Assembly: GCF_058153355.1 (NCBI RefSeq)
Contig: NZ_CM177019.1
DNA length: 64,000 bases
Direction: 5' to 3' (one strand)
Within the stretch, counting starts at the first letter, position 1, and the number at the start of each line of letters is the position of its first letter. A program made the translations under genes and the position numbers. Of this stretch, positions 1 to 9,471 are shown in pieces. The notes below the pieces were generated by a model, which saw only the letters and a program-made list of their open reading frames with translations, was not told the origin of the DNA and searched no databases.

Positions 1-220
1 ACCATCGGGAAAGAATCTGGTAGCGTCCAGCAGCCGTTGATTTAAGTTTTGGGTTTAGCGTGACAAGTTTGCGAGGGTGGTCGGAGTAATCAGTGAAGAG
101 TTCACCACCGACAATAACGTCATAACCGTGGTTACATGTCGGTTGCCGTCCATTATCCGTTCCTTCTGACCATGCCACCATATCGAGGAAAGCTTTACGC
201 TGGGAATTTAGTACCTGCAT
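1..220 (-). CDS. Phage endolysin, lambda R-like lytic transglycosylase (N-terminal 73 aa; C-terminus lies beyond window start)
   Basis: Manual translation from ATG at 220: MQVLNSQRKAFLDMVAWSEGTDNGRQPTCNHGYDVIVGGELFTDYSDHPRKLVTLNPKLKSTAAGRYQILSRW, near-identical in pattern to remembered lambda R; start is 3 nt after the upstream holin-position ORF stop. Confidence 0.75.
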   Translation of the reverse strand, partial: MQVLNSQRKAFLDMVAWSEGTDNGRQPTCNHGYDVIVGGELFTDYSDHPRKLVTLNPKLKSTAAGRYQILSRW

Positions 221-223
221 AAA

Positions 224-559
224 TTACTCCTTAGAGCCACCAAACTTGTTACCGATTACTCTCATTGCAGCCCCACGAATTGCATCGACCCCAATCAGCC
301 CCACCCCACCACCAATGGCAACAGAAAGCGATTTAGGCCATCCGACATACTCAAGCGCGGATGCAAAGGTCAGCGTCAGAGCGCCACAGAGCAAAATTTC
401 GAGTGTTTTTCGTTTCCAGCCGCCACCACCACCAAAATAGGCAATACGCAAACCAGCCATAACAATCGACATAATCACTGCGCCCAGCGGCGTATCTCCA
501 CGCCACCAGCTCTGGAACAACTCCAGCCAGTCCGGCCAGGTATTTGGGTTATGAGGCAT
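224..559 (-). CDS. Putative phage holin (111 aa, glycine-rich hydrophobic segments)
   Basis: ORF directly upstream of and coupled to the endolysin; hydrophobic stretches; assignment by position and composition only. Confidence 0.45.
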   Translation of the reverse strand: MPHNPNTWPDWLELFQSWWRGDTPLGAVIMSIVMAGLRIAYFGGGGGWKRKTLEILLCGALTLTFASALEYVGWPKSLSVAIGGGVGLIGVDAIRGAAMRVIGNKFGGSKE

Positions 560-636
560 TTAGTCATCTCTCACCTCGCGATTATTTGCGGGTGCTGTGT
601 TGGAAATAAAAAGGCCAAGCAACGTGGCCACCAGAA

Positions 637-1689
637 TTATTTCCCCACCAGTTCACTTACCTCTTTCACCGTCTGGTTAAACCGATCTGACTCAAACTCA
701 ACACCTAACGCCCGACGCCCCAGCGCCATTGCTGCTTTTATTGTGGAACCGGATCCCATAAAGAAATCAGCAACCAGATCGCCTGGTCGACTACTGGCAT
801 TGATTATTTGCCGGAGCATATCCGCAGGCTTCTCACACGGATGTTTACCCGGGTAGAACTGAACGGGTTTATGCGTCCAGACGTCGGTATAAGGCACGGA
901 AACTGATACGGAGAAATAGCGCCGGAGAGTTTTAAACTCATCCAGCAATTCAGAATATTTGCGATTCAGTGAATCATAAGATGCCACCAGCTGGTGGTGT
1001 GTGTGTTCCAGTTGTTGTTCCTGAAACTTCTCTGCCGCTATACGGGAAAACAGTGCCTGCAACTTTCGGTAGTCAGCCTCGTTCGGCAACTGCCACTGAC
1101 TGGCACCAAACCAGTGGGAAACCATATTTTTCTTACCAGTGGCTTCGGCAATCTGTTTTGCCGTTATCCCCAGTTCGGCACGAGCATCCCTGAAATACGA
1201 AATCAGCGGTGCCATTATGTGCTGTTTGAGTTCCCTTTCTTTTGCCGCATAGCCGTCACTTTTGCCGCGATATGGCCCCTGGTAATGTTCAGCAAACAGA
1301 ACGCGCTCTGTTGCGGGAAAATATGCGCGCAGACTTTCTTTATTACACCCGTTCCATCGTCCGGACGGCTTCGCCCAGATGATATGGTTAAGCACGTTGA
1401 AACGTTCACGCATCATGATCTCGATATCAGATGCGAGGCGATGTCCACAGAACAGGTAAAGGCTTCCGGCAGGTTTCAACACCCGCCAGAACTGGGCCAG
1501 ACAATGGTCCAGCCACTTAAGGTAATCTTCGTCCCCTTTCCACTGATTGTCCCAGCCGTTGGGTTTCACCTTGAAGTACGGCGGATCGGTAACAATCAGG
1601 TCAATGGAATCATCAGGCAGGGACTGAATAAAATACAGGCAATCAGCGTTGATTAAATCAGCACTGTTTATTTTTACAGTATTTTTCAT
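637..1689 (-). CDS. Orphan DNA methyltransferase (N6-adenine/N4-cytosine type; DPPY motif near N-terminus, FxGxGS motif near C-terminus)
   Basis: 350-aa ORF with IVTDPPYF and DFFMGSGSTIKAAM motifs; located in the phage late region between tR' and the lysis genes. Confidence 0.7.
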   Translation of the reverse strand: MKNTVKINSADLINADCLYFIQSLPDDSIDLIVTDPPYFKVKPNGWDNQWKGDEDYLKWLDHCLAQFWRVLKPAGSLYLFCGHRLASDIEIMMRERFNVLNHIIWAKPSGRWNGCNKESLRAYFPATERVLFAEHYQGPYRGKSDGYAAKERELKQHIMAPLISYFRDARAELGITAKQIAEATGKKNMVSHWFGASQWQLPNEADYRKLQALFSRIAAEKFQEQQLEHTHHQLVASYDSLNRKYSELLDEFKTLRRYFSVSVSVPYTDVWTHKPVQFYPGKHPCEKPADMLRQIINASSRPGDLVADFFMGSGSTIKAAMALGRRALGVEFESDRFNQTVKEVSELVGK

Positions 1690-1838
1690 GGATCAGTAAG
1701 CGTAACTCTGGTAGGCTCACTCTGCTTTTGCGCTAAAGCAGTGGGCCGAGGTTCGCTTGTGACCAGTAAGCATGAGCGAATGGCTGGCAGGTGCTACCAA
1801 CACCCACCAGCCGCCCATTTTCACAAATTAAAAGCCCT

Positions 1839-2057
1839 TCATTGCTGAAGGCGTCTGTAACAGCCGAACTGGTAATCTGCCAGCCCCGCCATAACCAGCT
1901 GGGTCAGTATTAACTGACAGCGTTCGCGTGAAAGGTATGTGTTTTGTGCTATCTCCCCGACTGTTGCCGGTTCGACGCTTAATTCATTAAAAACAACTTT
2001 CGCCGTTTCTGTCATATCTAGCTGTTTTAGCATGTCTTTTTTCCTTCTGGTTAACAT
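1839..2057 (-). CDS. Hypothetical small phage protein (72 aa)
   Basis: ORF from six-frame track, first ORF downstream of the tR'-like terminator; no motif recognised. Confidence 0.3.
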   Translation of the reverse strand: MLTRRKKDMLKQLDMTETAKVVFNELSVEPATVGEIAQNTYLSRERCQLILTQLVMAGLADYQFGCYRRLQQ

Positions 2058-2151
2058 GACATACCAATAACTCTTGTCTAAAAAGCCAGCAAGATAAAAA
2101 GTCAGTATTCACGACCACCAGCGTGTTTACCGTACTGCCAACATCAAGGCA

Positions 2152-2182
2152 CAAAAAAACCCGCTCAGCGGCGGGTTCTTAA
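2152..2182 (-). terminator. Rho-independent terminator (tR'-like) downstream of Q
   Basis: Minus-strand reading aacccgc-cgctga-gcgggtt (perfect 7-bp stem) followed by tttttgt. Confidence 0.6.
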
Positions 2183-2283
2183 ATCTTATCAACGGTAGAC
2201 ATACAAAGCCCATCGTTGGGACAATCTTATCCATATTTTTTGAAAAATGCAAGAATTATGTCGTCATCTTCGGCGAAAATCAT

Positions 2284-3036
2284 TTATCTCGTCACTTTTC
2301 TTAATTGCGTCTCAGCATATGCTTCTTCCTGCCAGCACTTTGTCACCAGTTTATCAATGACATCTGCATATCCTTTGTACCACTGATAATCCGTCAAATC
2401 TGGTACCAGTTTCTGTACATGACACCGCGCCAGTGTCGTTGGTAAACGGCTAAACCGGTTTCCATTGCAACGTCCACAAATCTTATAAACAGGCCTGCCA
2501 TGAAGCCGGGTCCTTTTTTCATCCAGGACAATACCTTTACCCTTACACCCTCTGCACGCTGTGCTGACTTCTCCCTTACCATGGCAATGCTGACACAGTT
2601 CCTTTACCCACTCTTCCTTGATAACAGATTCCCCGCTTCTGGAGTGTTTCACCACTTCGCGCAATACATTATGAAATCCAGTACCAGCACAATGCTCACA
2701 GCAAGCCTTACTTGCCGCAGACCTGGAATAATCAGCAAAGGCAAAATTCACAAGGTAAGGAATGATCTGTAGCCGGGTTTCTTCACTCAATTTGTTCAAT
2801 GTCGGGTTATCCAGTGCCATCGCGTAATTGAGCAGACCTTCAATCGCAAACTGAGGATCCTGAATACCAAGTTTTGCCAGGAATAAGGCAAACCCAAGCG
2901 GTGCTTTCGACTGCACCATCCCCTGCGCAGCCATTACATCCGTAATTGTTAAACCACCAGAGCCTGTCGCCGGTGCGTCATCGCTCAATATTGGAGATTT
3001 TGGGGAGTAATATTTCGGTAAGGCTTCAAGGTTCAT
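2284..3036 (-). CDS. Phage antitermination protein Q
   Basis: 250-aa ORF with YSPKSP, DVMAAQGM, FAFADYSRSAA and Cys-rich CxxC clusters resembling lambda Q. Confidence 0.75.
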   Translation of the reverse strand: MNLEALPKYYSPKSPILSDDAPATGSGGLTITDVMAAQGMVQSKAPLGFALFLAKLGIQDPQFAIEGLLNYAMALDNPTLNKLSEETRLQIIPYLVNFAFADYSRSAASKACCEHCAGTGFHNVLREVVKHSRSGESVIKEEWVKELCQHCHGKGEVSTACRGCKGKGIVLDEKRTRLHGRPVYKICGRCNGNRFSRLPTTLARCHVQKLVPDLTDYQWYKGYADVIDKLVTKCWQEEAYAETQLRKVTR

Positions 3037-3049
3037 GCTCGTTCTCCAC

Positions 3050-4045
3050 TTACGCCAGTACGCCTATTGCCAGCGCACGATCGATAAAACGAAATATCAG
3101 CTCCAGCTGGGAGCCATACTTCTCTTCAAATGCCGCGGTATCCGCATGCAACTCGTCGTGATGCTTTCTGCACAAAGGCAACACAAAGAGGTCATGCGCT
3201 TTTGTACCCATTCCGCCCTGACCGTGGCCTATCAGGTGGTGGGGATCATCAGCAGGCTTTCCACAACATGCACACGGCTGTGTCTTAACCCAGCGCGTGT
3301 ACTTTTCGTTAACCCAGCGGCGACGTTTTGGGCGTAACATAAAAGACTCCGGCGACTCCGGATCCACTTTCAGCGCCAGCACCTTTTTCACTTTATCCTG
3401 GATGATGCTGGTGGCAGGAACCGAAGGAACAAGGTCACTTTCCCGGGTGACAGACGGCACAACAGGCTTCGGTAATCTCAGTGCCTTACGGGCTGCACTT
3501 TCCGGCAAGGCACCCGCCAGGTCATTACGAACCAGCCACCAGCACAGTTCCGGCATTGTCACAACGTGACTATCATCAAAACCGAGATCCCGACGCACGA
3601 CAGACAACACCCAGCGGGCACAGTTATCCGTTGCCATTGATTCCAGCCGTTCCGTGAACTGATCGCGCAGCTGGTTATCGCAGTGCCAGCACAGACGGAT
3701 TGCGCCCGGCGCGTGTCGCATTGTGGTCATGTTCTCGCTGTGCCAGTCGGAATGAGGCCACTGACAGCCATTTTCACGAAGTAACCAGCTTTCAAGACAT
3801 TCCACGCCACCAGCACGACGGATCACTGCCTCATTGCGGAACACGCCCCGAACGGCAGGATCATCCGCCAGCGGTTGTGATACCGCCGGAACGGCACCAC
3901 TGGCGAAAGATGAATAACGTTCCGGCTCAGGCTCCAGCAGGACACGCCCCTGCATAAACAGGGGCATCAGCTCTGAACCTGGTCTGAACAATACGATCCC
4001 CATACGCGGGGCAATTTCAGGGGTCAGTAATGCTCTCACGGTCAC
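3050..4045 (-). CDS. Phage nin-region protein, DUF968-like (Cys/His motif near C-terminus)
   Basis: 331-aa ORF with C-terminal CACCGKPADDPHHLIGHG...CRKHHDELH motif; position between Q and rusA. Confidence 0.5.
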   Translation of the reverse strand: MTVRALLTPEIAPRMGIVLFRPGSELMPLFMQGRVLLEPEPERYSSFASGAVPAVSQPLADDPAVRGVFRNEAVIRRAGGVECLESWLLRENGCQWPHSDWHSENMTTMRHAPGAIRLCWHCDNQLRDQFTERLESMATDNCARWVLSVVRRDLGFDDSHVVTMPELCWWLVRNDLAGALPESAARKALRLPKPVVPSVTRESDLVPSVPATSIIQDKVKKVLALKVDPESPESFMLRPKRRRWVNEKYTRWVKTQPCACCGKPADDPHHLIGHGQGGMGTKAHDLFVLPLCRKHHDELHADTAAFEEKYGSQLELIFRFIDRALAIGVLA

Positions 4046-4046
4046 C

Positions 4047-4874
4047 TCAATGAACGGTATCGAGCAGCTTTAACAGCTCAGGGAATCGGGATTCGAAGAA
4101 ATGCGGCTGCGTCTCGCGCGGATTTGCGGGACTGGTGATGTTCTTGCCGAACATGCAGCCTTTCGCTGTCAGCGACCAGAATTTTTTGATGTTGTTAATC
4201 GCGGTACGGCTGTATCGTTCGCGTTGTTCGACGATCCCCAGCTTCGCCATCTGGTGATATGCCTGATTAGCCGTCAGGCGGATACCATACTGTTTCAGCA
4301 GTGCACTCAGCGACAGCGTAGGGCGGCTTGAACCATCTGGCGCATCAGCAGGGGCATCAATGGCATAGATCGGCATAAGTTCAGGAAGACCAGCTACCTT
4401 TGATAATTTCTGGTATGCACCAAGTTTCGAGGAGTTTGACAGATTTAGAGTCTTTGCTGCTGATTCAAGCAGAATGACCCCGGATTTGATTTTGTCGGAT
4501 ATGGTTTCTTCTGGTGATGAATTATGAAGCGCATCAAAAGTACGTATCACTTTTAAGCTGAATGCCGGGCTGATCCACATTGCATATGCATAGACCAGCT
4601 CTTTACAGACATACGTCCCACCATTGCGCCCCTGAATGGTGATGACAGGAATACTACGGGAATCTCCCGTAGTTTCTTCTTCCAATAATTCCACAAGAGC
4701 CTTCGTTTCAGGACGACGCATAAACTCGTGAACTTCCAGCGAACGGGAGGAGCGATTCTCACCAGCAGCAAGAAGAGCAGCTTTCTGAAGGTCGTTAAGA
4801 CAGTAGTTAGATTCGAAGTACTGGCGCACAGAAACGCCATCAATTACAAGCAACTGATTCATTGGTTTCTCCAC
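4047..4874 (-). CDS. Phage KilA-N / antirepressor-like protein
   Basis: 275-aa ORF in nin region; family assignment from recollection, moderate. Confidence 0.4.
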   Translation of the reverse strand: MEKPMNQLLVIDGVSVRQYFESNYCLNDLQKAALLAAGENRSSRSLEVHEFMRRPETKALVELLEEETTGDSRSIPVITIQGRNGGTYVCKELVYAYAMWISPAFSLKVIRTFDALHNSSPEETISDKIKSGVILLESAAKTLNLSNSSKLGAYQKLSKVAGLPELMPIYAIDAPADAPDGSSRPTLSLSALLKQYGIRLTANQAYHQMAKLGIVEQRERYSRTAINNIKKFWSLTAKGCMFGKNITSPANPRETQPHFFESRFPELLKLLDTVH

Positions 4875-5024
4875 AAATTTTTATCCACGAGCGGGACTGC
4901 ACTCCCTTTTCGTTGATGCAGGATGCACTTACTGCGATTTTTAATAGTTATCAAGGGCATACTGTTCATAAATACAGTATCTTTAACGAGGTAATACCCA
5001 AATTTAGGGTGTTGCTCAATTCCG

Positions 5025-5420
5025 TTACCGAGTTGCTAATTTGCAACTCGCTTTTTCGTACTTACTGATAGTGATCTCGACCTTCCCTTCCGGGATAACC
5101 GGTCCCCACTCCACCAGCATTCTTTTCACCTGACTGTCGTCTTCCCACACACCCGCGTGGGTCAGAGCGTCAAACAGCGCCTTGTTATAGTTGTCCAGAT
5201 CGCGGATCCGGTTATCCGGAGGAAACAACACGATCTCCACTGAAGCAGGTGCCGACGTTGGTTTCGGCAGACGACGTAACTGCTCAACTATTGCTGCGCA
5301 CGCCGCGCTCTGGAATTTGCGCCCCGCCGCGCTTATCAGGCTTTTACCAGCAAACGCCCCTTTGTTAGGGTGTCGCCAGTACGTATTCACGCTGGGCGGG
5401 AAAGGCAGGATCAGTTTCAT
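5025..5420 (-). CDS. rusA: RusA-family Holliday junction resolvase
   Basis: 131-aa ORF with PPSVNTYWRH and RDLDNYNKALFDALT motifs typical of RusA. Confidence 0.75.
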   Translation of the reverse strand: MKLILPFPPSVNTYWRHPNKGAFAGKSLISAAGRKFQSAACAAIVEQLRRLPKPTSAPASVEIVLFPPDNRIRDLDNYNKALFDALTHAGVWEDDSQVKRMLVEWGPVIPEGKVEITISKYEKASCKLATR

Positions 5421-5743
5421 ACTTTCAGGCCTCTCTCATGTAACCAGTGGGTTGCACGCAGCCTTGCGTTTTCCTCACCGGCAAGCAGTGAGCGGATAAT
5501 CCCGACAGCCTCGCTGTCGTCGTCCTTCACCGCGGTATGAAGCGTTATCCCCCGGGCCACGCCACGCTTTATCGTGATGACGCCTTTTTTCTCCAGTGCG
5601 CGAAGATGCTCCACCGCTGCATTCACTGAACGGTATCCCAGCATGGTTGCCACCTCCTGATTGGTTGGCGGGAAGCCACGTTCTTTCTGGTAAGAAATCA
5701 GCATATCCAGCACCTGCTGCTGGCATTGAGTTAATGTCGTCAT
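5417..5743 (-). CDS. LexA N-terminal-type winged-helix DNA-binding protein (no peptidase domain)
   Basis: 108-aa ORF, translationally coupled between the Dam gene and rusA. Confidence 0.45.
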   Translation of the reverse strand: MTTLTQCQQQVLDMLISYQKERGFPPTNQEVATMLGYRSVNAAVEHLRALEKKGVITIKRGVARGITLHTAVKDDDSEAVGIIRSLLAGEENARLRATHWLHERGLKV

Positions 5744-6393
5744 GCCGCCATCTCCCTGACCAGTTTTTCCGCCTGCTGGCGAACCTGCGCCAGAAAGGCC
5801 TCACCACATGCCTCAAGTTCATCGCGCCCGATGTAGCTGATTGCCGGTCCCTTCCAGGTCTTGTCGAAAACAACAATAGCACCAGCGAAGAAAGCGCCTG
5901 TCGGCACCTGCTTCTCGTCCTTCGGTATAAACCAGGCAGGCAGTTCAAAACCAATACGCCCGCGAATAAAAGCAATATGATCTGCATCTTCCGGCCACCA
6001 CACTTCGCTGGTGGCAGCTTTGATCAGGAAAACATAGCGCCCGCCTTTATCACGCATGGCACTGGCATGTTTCATGATGTAACGCATGCCGGTGATGTAT
6101 TGCCCCTCATGCTGACTGGCGCGGCTGTATGGGGGATTACCAAAGGCAGCACCTTTAAGCTCCGCAAGACGTTCTGACCAGTCATGCGCCAGCGCGTTGT
6201 CTTCCGCCGTGTAATACGCGGCACATTTGGCGTTATCACCGTCAGTGAACAGATCCAGAACAAACGGACCAAACAAGGTGTTAATTCCCCAGAAAATGTT
6301 GTCCGGCGTGCGCCACTGATCGCCCACTTCCTTCAGTTCATGGGCTGGTTTGTTCCGCAGTTCTACCAGCGCCTGGCAATATTTATTACTCAT
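5740..6393 (-). CDS. Phage N6-adenine DNA methyltransferase (Dam-like, NPPY motif)
   Basis: 217-aa ORF with FGNPPYSRA motif. Confidence 0.7.
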   Translation of the reverse strand: MSNKYCQALVELRNKPAHELKEVGDQWRTPDNIFWGINTLFGPFVLDLFTDGDNAKCAAYYTAEDNALAHDWSERLAELKGAAFGNPPYSRASQHEGQYITGMRYIMKHASAMRDKGGRYVFLIKAATSEVWWPEDADHIAFIRGRIGFELPAWFIPKDEKQVPTGAFFAGAIVVFDKTWKGPAISYIGRDELEACGEAFLAQVRQQAEKLVREMAA

Positions 6394-6485
6394 TAAGCCC
6401 CCACGTAAAAAGCATCCGCAATGTCTCCGGAAGTACAGCCCGGATGGGCTTCAATGAATTTCTGAACGTCATTTAACAGACTCAT
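6393..6485 (-). CDS. Small ORF (30 aa) between replication gene and Dam gene
   Basis: Manual translation MSLLNDVQKFIEAHPGCTSGDIADAFYVGA; its stop overlaps the Dam ATG (TAATG) and its ATG lies 2 nt after the upstream stop; not in ORF track because short. Confidence 0.25.
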   Translation of the reverse strand: MSLLNDVQKFIEAHPGCTSGDIADAFYVGA

Positions 6486-6487
6486 GA

Positions 6488-7480
6488 TCACCCCCTGAAT
6501 CCTGCCGGGATCTGGCTGTAGTCCACGTTGTCGTAACTGGCTTTGAAGTACGGGTCTTCACGTTTTTCTGTGTGCGTGCTGACGGACGGCGATAAGCGCA
6601 GGGAAAGCTCATCCCATTTTTCCCGCAACTTCGACGGGCTGAGCACGTTACGGCACCAGAACGGATCGCGGCTGACGCGGCTGTACATCTCGCAGATTTG
6701 TTTGTGAGTACGACCATCCTGCACACACATCAGGCGAATTTCGTTTGCCCATGCTGTCCAGTTCGGTTCTTTGGGACGAACCACCTCGCCGTCACATTCG
6801 GCGGCCTGCTCGTACAGGGCGATGATTTTTTTCCAGAGCCACTGTGCGCAGGTCAAATCATCCTGCGTTCCCCACTGGCGCTTTTTAGGGCTGAATACAA
6901 CCGCATCAGGATGGCGAGTTAAAAACTCCTGTTCAGCCGTTTGCGTGTCCGGTTGCGAAGCGTCCGGACGAGAAGAGGTTTTATTCTCTGTAGTAATCTC
7001 TGTTGTATTCTCTGTAAGATCATTGGGCCATTTTGACCCGATGACAGCGTGTCGTTTTGAACCAATGGATCGTGTCATTTTGCGCCCATCCATCAGGTCA
7101 CTTTGACCCGATGGAGAAGTGCATTTTGACCTGATGGATTCGTTCACTTTGACCTCTTCTAAAAGCTCACTTTCATAGTTGATCGTGTAGAAGTTGGTCA
7201 TGTCACGCTTCGATTTATTGAGTTGCTCGCGACGCAAAACCCCAAGTGATTTCAAGCTTGCAAATGTGCGTTTCAGAGTGGACTCTGACCAGAACGGAAA
7301 CTGCTCCAGCCACTGTTCTGTCGTGTTATAAACCCAGCGAATTCCGCCATGCTCTGTGCCTGAATTCGTTTCATTCAGCCAGTAATGAAGCTGCTGCAAC
7401 ACAATTGCCTCATTCAGACCAATACGGCATGCAAGATCACGATTTATCACAATGGGCTGGGATGTCATTAACAGGCTCAT
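6488..7480 (-). CDS. Phage replication initiation protein (O-like, iteron-containing) with DnaT-like C-terminal tail
   Basis: 330-aa ORF; C-terminus DYSQIPAGFRG resembles the C-terminus of host DnaT in this same window ([13 protein letters not shown]); internal iterons. Confidence 0.6.
   Translation of the reverse strand: MSLLMTSQPIVINRDLACRIGLNEAIVLQQLHYWLNETNSGTEHGGIRWVYNTTEQWLEQFPFWSESTLKRTFASLKSLGVLRREQLNKSKRDMTNFYTINYESELLEEVKVNESIRSKCTSPSGQSDLMDGRKMTRSIGSKRHAVIGSKWPNDLTENTTEITTENKTSSRPDASQPDTQTAEQEFLTRHPDAVVFSPKKRQWGTQDDLTCAQWLWKKIIALYEQAAECDGEVVRPKEPNWTAWANEIRLMCVQDGRTHKQICEMYSRVSRDPFWCRNVLSPSKLREKWDELSLRLSPSVSTHTEKREDPYFKASYDNVDYSQIPAGFRG
7028..7156. repeat. Iteron array (5-6 direct repeats of ~CAYTTTGACCYGATGG), candidate prophage replication origin
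   Basis: Direct repeats visible at ~7028, 7052, 7098, 7120, 7144 inside the replication gene, as for lambda ori inside O. Confidence 0.6.
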
Positions 7481-7489
7481 GACCGACCT

Positions 7490-7828
7490 CTATTTCCCTG
7501 AATTTACGACGAAACTGTTCGAGCGGACTGAAGCATTCATGTTCATAGCCTTCACGGAGGTAGATAACCCGTTGTGTTTCCGGCTCCCAACGAATGACTC
7601 TGACGGGCACTCCGTAGTGATCTTTGAACCAGCGGTTAACTTGTCGCAAAGGACTGTCTCCTTCTGCCGGTTGAAATCACCCACAGCCCACTCTGCAAAG
7701 CTGTGGGTTACAATTTCCCTGTCACCTGGTACATTCACTGCATAGCAATACTCCACCTTCGCTTTTCCACCCGGTACAGGAAGCGCAATCAGTTGCGAGC
7801 GACGGTAGTGTGTTGTTAAACTGTTCAT
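7490..7828 (-). CDS. Hypothetical phage protein (112 aa), coupled between the YdaT-like gene and the replication gene
   Basis: Start overlaps upstream stop (ATGA); its stop TAG is followed by AGGTCGGTC then the downstream ATG; an alternative overlapping frame (7437..7649) also looks protein-like. Confidence 0.35.
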   Translation of the reverse strand: MNSLTTHYRRSQLIALPVPGGKAKVEYCYAVNVPGDREIVTHSFAEWAVGDFNRQKETVLCDKLTAGSKITTECPSESFVGSRKHNGLSTSVKAMNMNASVRSNSFVVNSGK

Positions 7829-8409
7829 GCGTTAGTTTCTCCACAGACACAAAACGCCACGACGCCCGGAGCTGCACACTCGCGGGCGTCACTCTTTTCT
7901 GGAGCGCAAAAGATTTTGTAGACCAGTGCTGCATGCTCCTGGAGCTTCGAAATTGACAGATACAACTCATCATTAATTACTGTCTGCTCGTGTGGCTCCA
8001 CTACCCCATCTTCGATTGCCGAACGAATCTGCTTTGAGTAACTCCCGATCTGTTCGATGACTTCCAGCAGACGCTGGTTTATATCGGCGTTCTCTACTTC
8101 CTCAATTTCAGGAAGCGATACAAACACCCCACCAGCAGACTGTGCGACAGCATCCGCAATGTAGTGAGTGCCAGCCGCGCGCTGTAAAATCATTGCCCAT
8201 CCCAGCGGGAAAATCTGATCGCCATCTGCACGAAGGCGGTTGAATAAAGCGTTCTCTGTTACATCCAGCCACTCAGCAGCTTCAGCGTAACCTCCCGGCA
8301 ACGCCGCGATAGTTTTTCTGACAGCTTTCACGTACCACTCAGGCTGTTTTTCTACTTTCCAGTGATGCTTACCCACGGCTATCTCCTTAAAACTGTGGTT
8401 ACTTTCCAT
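7825..8409 (-). CDS. Phage regulatory protein, YdaT/CII-like (194 aa)
   Basis: Position immediately downstream of the cro-like gene, as ydaS-ydaT in Rac; family from recollection. Confidence 0.4.
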   Translation of the reverse strand: MESNHSFKEIAVGKHHWKVEKQPEWYVKAVRKTIAALPGGYAEAAEWLDVTENALFNRLRADGDQIFPLGWAMILQRAAGTHYIADAVAQSAGGVFVSLPEIEEVENADINQRLLEVIEQIGSYSKQIRSAIEDGVVEPHEQTVINDELYLSISKLQEHAALVYKIFCAPEKSDARECAAPGVVAFCVCGETNA

Positions 8410-8647
8410 CAGATAAGTCTTTAATCTTTTGAAAAATATCTGGACGTAATTTTTCTTTTGATACGCCAGTGGTCATTTCAATGAATATCGAGAGCTTTGC
8501 AGGGGGACGCTTTTCTCTGTTCAACCAGTTCCAGACATGTTGTTGCTTTACTAAACGACCACTGCTGGCTGTGAGCTTCCGAGCCAATTCTGATTGACCA
8601 CCAGCCAGAGCGATTGCCTCTGATAAGGCTAATTGCTCAGGTGTCAT
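8399..8647 (-). CDS. Cro-like HTH regulator (YdaS-like, 82 aa)
   Basis: Small ORF divergent from the cI-like repressor; AGGAGA RBS upstream. Confidence 0.55.
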   Translation of the reverse strand: MTPEQLALSEAIALAGGQSELARKLTASSGRLVKQQHVWNWLNREKRPPAKLSIFIEMTTGVSKEKLRPDIFQKIKDLSDGK

Positions 8648-8784
8648 AGCTTTCTCCTATCTGTAAGTAGTAAAGTTGTTGATAACTTCGATTATACAAC
8701 TACAACAACTTTTATTACAACTTTTAGATGTTGGAAAGCTAAAACATAAAGTTGTAACCTCAATAAAAACGAGGGGGATATGTT
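8648..8784. promoter_or_regulatory. Immunity-region divergent promoter/operator (OR-like)
   Basis: Repeated AAGTTGT / ACAACTT half-sites; minus-strand TTGTAA-18 nt-TATAAT promoter reading into the cro-like gene. Confidence 0.5.
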
Positions 8785-9471
8785 GTGAAAACATTGGCAG
8801 AAAGACTAAAAAGCGAAAGAGAAAAAGCAGGAATGAGTCAGGCGCAACTAGCTGAAAAAATTGGACTTTCACAACAATCCGTAGCGAAAATCGAGAATGG
8901 AGAAACTCAACAGCCTCGGAAAATTAAAGAGATTGCTAAAGTGTTAGGGGTTTCTCAAAAGTGGTTGCAATTGGGCATTGAGGATAACGCGTCTTTCCCA
9001 AACCTTGTTGTAAAGGAGGCTGAAAGTACAACATTAGATCCTGACATTTTTGCAAACATTCCTGTCCTAGATGTCGAATTATCAGCGGGTAATGGATGTT
9101 TGGCTGAAATAGTTGAATCAACTGTAGACTGGTTCCCGCTAAGAAGGATTGATTTAAGGAAAGCTGGTGTATGTGTCTCCAATGCAAAGATCGTAAAAAT
9201 TTGGGGTAATAGTTTACTACCTGTACTTAACAATGGAGATTTTGTTGCTGTTGATGTTTCCCAAACAGTTCCTATTCGTGATGGGGATCTTTATGCTATA
9301 CGTGATGGCGTATTACTTAGAGTTAAAATATTGATCAATTTACCTGACGGTGGTCTGATTCTAAGAAGTTTCAATAAAGATGAGTATCCAGATGAAATAC
9401 TCACCTTCGAAGATAGGCGTTCCAGAATTCACGTTATAGGTAGAGTATTCTGGTCATCGCGCACTTGGTAA
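8785..9471 (+). CDS. CI-like phage repressor (HTH-XRE plus S24 LexA-like peptidase domain), GTG start
   Basis: 228-aa ORF; N-terminal HTH (QAQLAEKIGLSQQSVAKIENG) and C-terminal domain of the size expected for an S24 peptidase. Confidence 0.75.
   Translation: MKTLAERLKSEREKAGMSQAQLAEKIGLSQQSVAKIENGETQQPRKIKEIAKVLGVSQKWLQLGIEDNASFPNLVVKEAESTTLDPDIFANIPVLDVELSAGNGCLAEIVESTVDWFPLRRIDLRKAGVCVSNAKIVKIWGNSLLPVLNNGDFVAVDVSQTVPIRDGDLYAIRDGVLLRVKILINLPDGGLILRSFNKDEYPDEILTFEDRRSRIHVIGRVFWSSRTW

Noticed and set aside
1690-1838. Possible phage-borne tRNA between the late MTase and the small late ORF
   Set aside because: No cloverleaf could be assembled by eye; T-arm and anticodon-arm consensus elements are absent
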